From Deltaproteobacteria bacterium (GTDB lineage Bacteria; Desulfobacterota; Desulfarculia; Adiutricales; Adiutricaceae), in contig JAISCZ010000094.1 of NCBI GenBank assembly GCA_031265205.1, forward strand, positions 1 to 19,580: a DNA stretch of 19,580 nt, in the 5' to 3' direction. The notes under the pieces were generated by a model. It was not told the DNA's origin. It saw only the letters and a list, made by a program, of their open reading frames with translations, and ran no database searches. A program made the translations under genes and the position numbers. Shown in pieces: positions 15,414 to 19,580 of the stretch. Every line of letters starts with the position of its first letter. Position 1 is the first letter of the stretch.

Positions 15414-18400
15414 TTAAAAAATAAAATTCAGGCCGAGCGTCCCCTCATGGACAGAGGTGGTTTTTCCGCGAAGCAAGGAATATTCTAGCCTAAGCTCCGT
15501 ATGGGCTCCCAGACGGACGCCGCAATTGAGCCCGAGCCCGAGACTGTTTTCATCCAGTCCGTCCACGGGCGCGTAGAAGCGGTTGGCTTCAGGGTCCAGC
15601 GCGAAGGAGGCGGATGGGGATTTTTTCGTGTCGCCGCTTAATCCCGACCAATACGCCTTGGCCCCAATGCCGCCGCGTTCCGTTACCCACGCGCCTTCCA
15701 GTCCCGCCTGGAGCCGGTAGAGGCGATTGCGGGTATGGTCAAAGCGCAGTCCGTAGACGTCAGGTCGCTCGGAGTAGGAGTCTCTACTCATGTTGAAATA
15801 GCGCCAATCCGCGAAGGGGAGAATCATGAAGTTTTCCGAAATCTCGAAACGTCGCCCGAGACTGACGCCGACGCTCGCCATTTTGGCGTCGTAGTCGCTG
15901 TCATAGCTGTTTCCGCCGACCGCGCGAGTCTGCTTGAAACGCGCGCCGCCAAACGCGCCGACGAACCCCAGTTCCAGGCCACGGGGCAGGCGGACGCCGC
16001 CGTAAAAAATGGCGTTTGCCCCCCGACCGTCCACATCCGCGTCGCTACTTTCATAGCGCGGAAAGTCTAGGGACAGAGCCAGCCCCAGATACAGGTTGTC
16101 AGCGAAATAACGATCCACGCCAAAAGTGACGCCGGATCCGAAAATTGTGTAATCCCTGTCGCCTCCGTGTTTGAGAAACCCGTAGGCGGGGGCGATCCAT
16201 ACGCCGTTCCGTCGCGACGCGGCGTCCAATCCTCCGCCGTCTCGCGATTGCCCACCCGCGGACGGCGCGCCCGGCCGCGCGTCCCGAAAAGCGTAAACCT
16301 GGCCTAGCCACCCGCTCCCGGCCAAAGGCGACCACCGCGACGAAAAGGATTTCTCGTCCTCAAAAGGACCGTCCGCTCGCGGAGAGAGTGGGCCGCGCGC
16401 GGCCGCGTCCGAAAATCGCCTGCCCATTCTGGAGCTTACGGCGTTCAGGCCGGGCTGACGCATGAGTATCGGCAAAGGCGCGTTAAGAGCGTCCGCGCCG
16501 CCACGCTGATGGTTGAAGGCGGCCCGCGTGACGTTAACCATGACGGAATGAAGGTTCGCGTCCCAGTCAAGGCCGTTCCAGGCGTAGTCGAACGCTCCCA
16601 TGGCGAAAGCGCCGGCCGATTGCCGCAGCGGCGGCGCGACGGGAGCGGACAGCGTGAATTCCAGCGCGGGACTGCCGCCGAGAGCGAGCTGACGGCCATA
16701 GCTGAAGGCGCACGGCGCGAAGCCGATTTCCGACAGCGGCGAAAGGCTCGCGGAATCGCTGGCCGCGATTTCGGTGGGTTTGCCGCCCACGAATTCGGTC
16801 ATGAGCCGGGCGCCGTCAGCCATGGAAAAAGAGCGGACACGCATGCTTCCGGCGTAATCTAGACTGCCTCCCTCAAGTGAAACGTTGACGCTCGAAGAGC
16901 CGAGAATATCGCCCCGATAACGCGTCTCGAACGCGGGGTCGCTGGAAGAGGGAATGGCTTTCCCGAAGCTGTCCATCAGCTTTCCGAAGGTCAGCTCCGT
17001 CATGAAGTCCGACGGGTCGCCGAATAAGCCGCCGTAGATTTCGGGAGCCCAGCGGATGACGATGTCCCCAAAAATAAACGCTCCGTTCATGACGTTGACG
17101 GTTTTTACGTGCGCGTACGGAGAGACGTACATGGCGATGGGCCTGCCCCCGTAATCGACGAATTCGCCGGAAAAATACTGGCCGCCGATGGCGGAAGGCC
17201 CGCCCACCAGAACCCCGCTCAGATCGAAACTGTCAACCAGAGGTCCGCCGATGTTCCCTATCCTCGGTTCCTGCGACACCCTGGATATCTCTCTTCCTTC
17301 CGCGTCGAAAGTGACAACGGCGTTCGGGTTGAGATAATAGCGTCCGTATGAAAAAAGACGGCCATAAACGGAAGGAGCGCCGAAATCAAACCTCGCTCCG
17401 ACGCCGAGAGGTCCGGACGCCTCGACGACGCCCTGGCTGACGATATTGTGCCCAGAACCGAAGGACACCAGAATGCCGGCGCCCTGGGCGCCGTTGGCGG
17501 TGACCAGCGTGTCCTTGGGAATGGTCACGCTGTTGTTGAATCCGTCCACGCGCACGCCCGCCCCGCCCGCTCCGTCGGCCAGCAGATCCGCCATCTGCGT
17601 GACGCCGTAGTCGCTGCCGTAGACATGAAGGCCCACGCCGAAACGGCTGACGTTGGGAGTTCCCTCGGCGTAACCCAGCCAGCCGCCAGCGGGATCAAGC
17701 CCCTCGCTGGCGTAAAATCCCTGATTATTTTCTATAATACCCGGCGATGGCGAGTCGTCATACAATGACAAGCCGAAAAAATTACGCAGATCCACGGGAT
17801 AACCTATGTCCACCAGAGACGCCAGCTCCACCTCCGTGAACATTGAGTAATTAATAAGTTGCAGATGTGTCATAAGTCCGTTTCGCACGGCGAAATGACT
17901 GGTTTCCTGAGAACTTCCATGGGTCATAGGCACGGGTCCGCCGAAAACTTGCGTGGCCGTGGGTCCGGTAAAAAACATCTCGCCCGGGGCGCCGACCAGT
18001 AAATTTCTAAAATTCTGATCGTTATCGGAAATGCCGATGGAGTGGCCAATCTCGTGAATCGTGACGAGGGAAATCGATCCGGCGGTTTCAGGCAAGTTGG
18101 AGTTGGACTGGGTGTCCCAGACTGAATTATCTATGTTGACGAGGGCGTGCATTCCAATTAGAGGATCGTGGGGCAAGCCTGACGCGGTCAGGGGGCTTCC
18201 ATCGCCGACGATGGAGCTCCAGATGGAACCTCTGTCAAAATCCGCGGGGTTTTTGAGATATATCGACCCGCCATTGAAGTCCGCGCCGGGCCCAATCCAC
18301 AGCCGCAGCGTCACGGCGTTGGCCGGAGCGCCGCGGGGCTTGAGAATGTCAGCCCAGTAGGCCGCGACCTTGACAATGCCTTCACGGACGGGAAGAGAAA

Positions 18401-18617
18401 AATCACTGGCGGACACATAGACGATTAAGTCGCCCCCGGAGCCAGTTCTGGCTAGGTAGGGGAGTCCCTCGCCGAAAAAATCCAGCCGGAATATTTCTTT
18501 TCCGTCAAAATTGAGTATGGAAACGCTTTCTGGCGCGCTGGCGCCTCGCGCGCTCCCCAAGGGAAACAACGAAAACAGAAGGCAGAATACGCCGAAAAGC
18601 CGAAGAGGTAGGGACAT
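15414..18617 (-). CDS. Autotransporter (type Va) outer-membrane protein with a passenger domain carrying an HExxHxxGxxD zinc-metallopeptidase-like motif
   Basis: 1067 aa. N-terminal signal peptide MSLPLRLFGVFCLLFSLFPLGSARGASA. Motif VTIHEIGHSIGISDND at residues ~186-200 (nt ~18024-18062). Gly-rich repetitive passenger region. The C-terminal ~270 aa have alternating hydrophobic beta-strand character and end in …GTLGLNFIF (terminal Phe), as in autotransporter beta-barrels. GC content is lower than in the left half of the window. Confidence 0.7.
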   Translation of the reverse strand: MSLPLRLFGVFCLLFSLFPLGSARGASAPESVSILNFDGKEIFRLDFFGEGLPYLARTGSGGDLIVYVSASDFSLPVREGIVKVAAYWADILKPRGAPANAVTLRLWIGPGADFNGGSIYLKNPADFDRGSIWSSIVGDGSPLTASGLPHDPLIGMHALVNIDNSVWDTQSNSNLPETAGSISLVTIHEIGHSIGISDNDQNFRNLLVGAPGEMFFTGPTATQVFGGPVPMTHGSSQETSHFAVRNGLMTHLQLINYSMFTEVELASLVDIGYPVDLRNFFGLSLYDDSPSPGIIENNQGFYASEGLDPAGGWLGYAEGTPNVSRFGVGLHVYGSDYGVTQMADLLADGAGGAGVRVDGFNNSVTIPKDTLVTANGAQGAGILVSFGSGHNIVSQGVVEASGPLGVGARFDFGAPSVYGRLFSYGRYYLNPNAVVTFDAEGREISRVSQEPRIGNIGGPLVDSFDLSGVLVGGPSAIGGQYFSGEFVDYGGRPIAMYVSPYAHVKTVNVMNGAFIFGDIVIRWAPEIYGGLFGDPSDFMTELTFGKLMDSFGKAIPSSSDPAFETRYRGDILGSSSVNVSLEGGSLDYAGSMRVRSFSMADGARLMTEFVGGKPTEIAASDSASLSPLSEIGFAPCAFSYGRQLALGGSPALEFTLSAPVAPPLRQSAGAFAMGAFDYAWNGLDWDANLHSVMVNVTRAAFNHQRGGADALNAPLPILMRQPGLNAVSSRMGRRFSDAAARGPLSPRADGPFEDEKSFSSRWSPLAGSGWLGQVYAFRDARPGAPSAGGQSRDGGGLDAASRRNGVWIAPAYGFLKHGGDRDYTIFGSGVTFGVDRYFADNLYLGLALSLDFPRYESSDADVDGRGANAIFYGGVRLPRGLELGFVGAFGGARFKQTRAVGGNSYDSDYDAKMASVGVSLGRRFEISENFMILPFADWRYFNMSRDSYSERPDVYGLRFDHTRNRLYRLQAGLEGAWVTERGGIGAKAYWSGLSGDTKKSPSASFALDPEANRFYAPVDGLDENSLGLGLNCGVRLGAHTELRLEYSLLRGKTTSVHEGTLGLNFIF

Positions 18618-18896
18618 GTCAGACCGCCTGAAAACCTTAAGTGGCGATGTCGCTCAATAATAACATATTGGCGAGCGGTTTTCCACATTTTTCTCCTTGC
18701 TGGGTGTCCCAAAAAAAAGGTAGATATTTATTGAAAGACTTTTCCAATACTCTGAATTATGGTATACTGATAGTATTGGTAATTGTCACTAATTTTCCAA
18801 CAATTTGATTTTTCCATGGAGGCAAACAGAGTATCCGTTCACAAATTATGGTCCAGCCAGAGGCCGGGGCTACGGCATCGGGGCTCTGCCTGACCA

Positions 18897-18922
18897 GGGC
18901 ATACGCTTCAATGCCCCTTTTT
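18897..18922 (+). terminator. Weak Rho-independent terminator-like hairpin (GGGCAT-acgcttca-ATGCCC followed by CTTTTT)
   Basis: 6-7 bp stem plus a T5 run. It is downstream of a TATACT -10-like element at 18763-18768, so it is a possible end of a ~150-nt small transcript. Confidence 0.3.
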
Positions 18923-19504
18923 AAAGGCTTGTAAGACGTGAAATGGATGCACGGAAGGCTCTGGATAGCCTCCCGAGCCGAACATACGAGTTAGGAAGGA
19001 CGCTGGAGCCTGGGGGTGAATCGCGTACGTCTCTTAACGCCGCGCTCCTTGACCTCAATCAACAAAAATGCGAAGTGAAGAATGATAGTCACGCCACCGG
19101 GCGTAGAAGCGGCTATCTGGCGCGCCGGACATGATACGGGGCAATATATGCTGTAGAAAATATGCGATAATTACCAAATTAAGTATCAACTTGCGGCTGT
19201 TTAGACATCTAGTCCTCTATAGTTTTTAGGATCAGTTGCGGTAGTTTCCTCGGGAGCCTCAACTATTCCAACATCGCCAAAGTTGAGGATGATGTTATTC
19301 CATCCCGACCCGGCTCCATAGATGGACCCTTTGTCATTCCCTGGATTCAATTTAACCTTTGAGAGACCGTCCAACCGTCCGTGTCACCCTTTGCTCGCAA
19401 AACCTTCCAGAGTCATGCTAAGACGGGGCATCCGAGTTCGTGGAATGCGGTTTGTCGCCATGCCCTTCCAGCCAGGCCCCTGAATTGGGAGAGGAAACAA
19501 ATTG

Positions 19505-19580
19505 ATGAAAAAGAAAAAGAATCCCTCTAATTCGGTTAAAAATACAACAGAAATCCCACGGAACTATAGAGAAGAATTCA
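19505..19580 (+). CDS. 5' end of a CDS running off the window (MKKKKNPSNSVKNTTEIPRNYREEF…)
   Basis: ATG 19505 is preceded by GGGAGAGGAAACAAATTG (good SD). The sequence is Lys-rich and low-GC. Only 25 codons are visible. Confidence 0.3.
   Translation, partial: MKKKKNPSNSVKNTTEIPRNYREEF

Noticed and set aside
18452-18712. 86-aa minus-strand ORF overlapping the autotransporter start
   Set aside because: It is in a different frame from the strongly supported signal peptide of the autotransporter and is mostly upstream leader, so it is likely spurious.
18943-19134. 63-aa plus-strand ORF (MDARKALDSLPSRTYELGRT…)
   Set aside because: It is short, has no clear SD, and no motif was recognised. It might be real on a horizontally acquired segment, but the evidence is insufficient.
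19205-19400. Start-less ~65-codon open frame on the minus strand (…LNPGNDKGSIYGAGSGWNNIILNFGDVGIVEAPEETTATDPKNYRGLDV*)
   Set aside because: It reads protein-like but has no ATG/GTG/TTG start within the open stretch and is below ORF-track length. It may be a gene fragment or chance. It cannot be supported without a homology search.
1-19580. Search for CRISPR arrays, tRNA/rRNA genes, and IS-element terminal inverted repeats
   Set aside because: No evenly spaced repeat-spacer array and no tRNA cloverleaf-like conserved segments were seen. A GTTC…GAAC T-arm plus acceptor pairing was looked for near the recombinase. No transposase ORF was seen. The only repeats are those reported above.

Overview
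The coding DNA is high-GC (about 65%) and the intergenic spacers are AT-rich, so gene boundaries are easy to see. Reading left to right:

- 1-560: a noncoding leader carrying three short direct repeats and a sigma70-like promoter.
- 561-5588: a tight four-gene plus-strand cluster.
  - Gene 1 is an SPFH/band-7 protein of the COG4260 type (B. subtilis YdjI-like). Its C-terminus is expanded into five tandem zinc ribbons.
  - Gene 2 is a 4-TM membrane protein.
  - Gene 3 has an N-terminal zinc ribbon and C-terminal TM helices.
  - Gene 4 is a divergent AAA-ATPase-like protein with Walker A/B motifs and a PD-(D/E)xK-like tail.
  - This cluster is my best candidate for an undescribed membrane-associated stress or defence module.
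- 5856-9718: a tetR-emrA-emrB-type efflux locus.
  - The TetR gene carries a promoter and a double AATTAATT palindrome operator.
  - Three tandem ~80-bp promoter-like repeats lie between tetR and the pump genes.
- 9784-10422: a convergent secreted hypothetical protein.
- 10423-11260: an unusual 838-bp GC-rich ORF-free gap.
- 11713-13176: a tyrosine-recombinase-like gene that appears to lack its catalytic C-terminus, followed by 450 bp of GC-rich noncoding DNA.
- 13626-14312: a Crp/Fnr-family regulator.
- 14313-15413: a 1.1-kb AT-rich spacer with an FNR-like box, a 26-bp direct repeat pair, a cluster of TCGCGA / AAACGCG motifs and a strong hairpin.
- 15414-18617: a 1067-aa autotransporter whose passenger domain carries an HExxHxxGxxD zinc-peptidase motif.
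- 18618-19580: a lower-GC tail with a possible small RNA and a partial gene start.

No rRNA, tRNA or CRISPR array was recognised. All family assignments come from motif-level reading of the translations and need profile searches to confirm.
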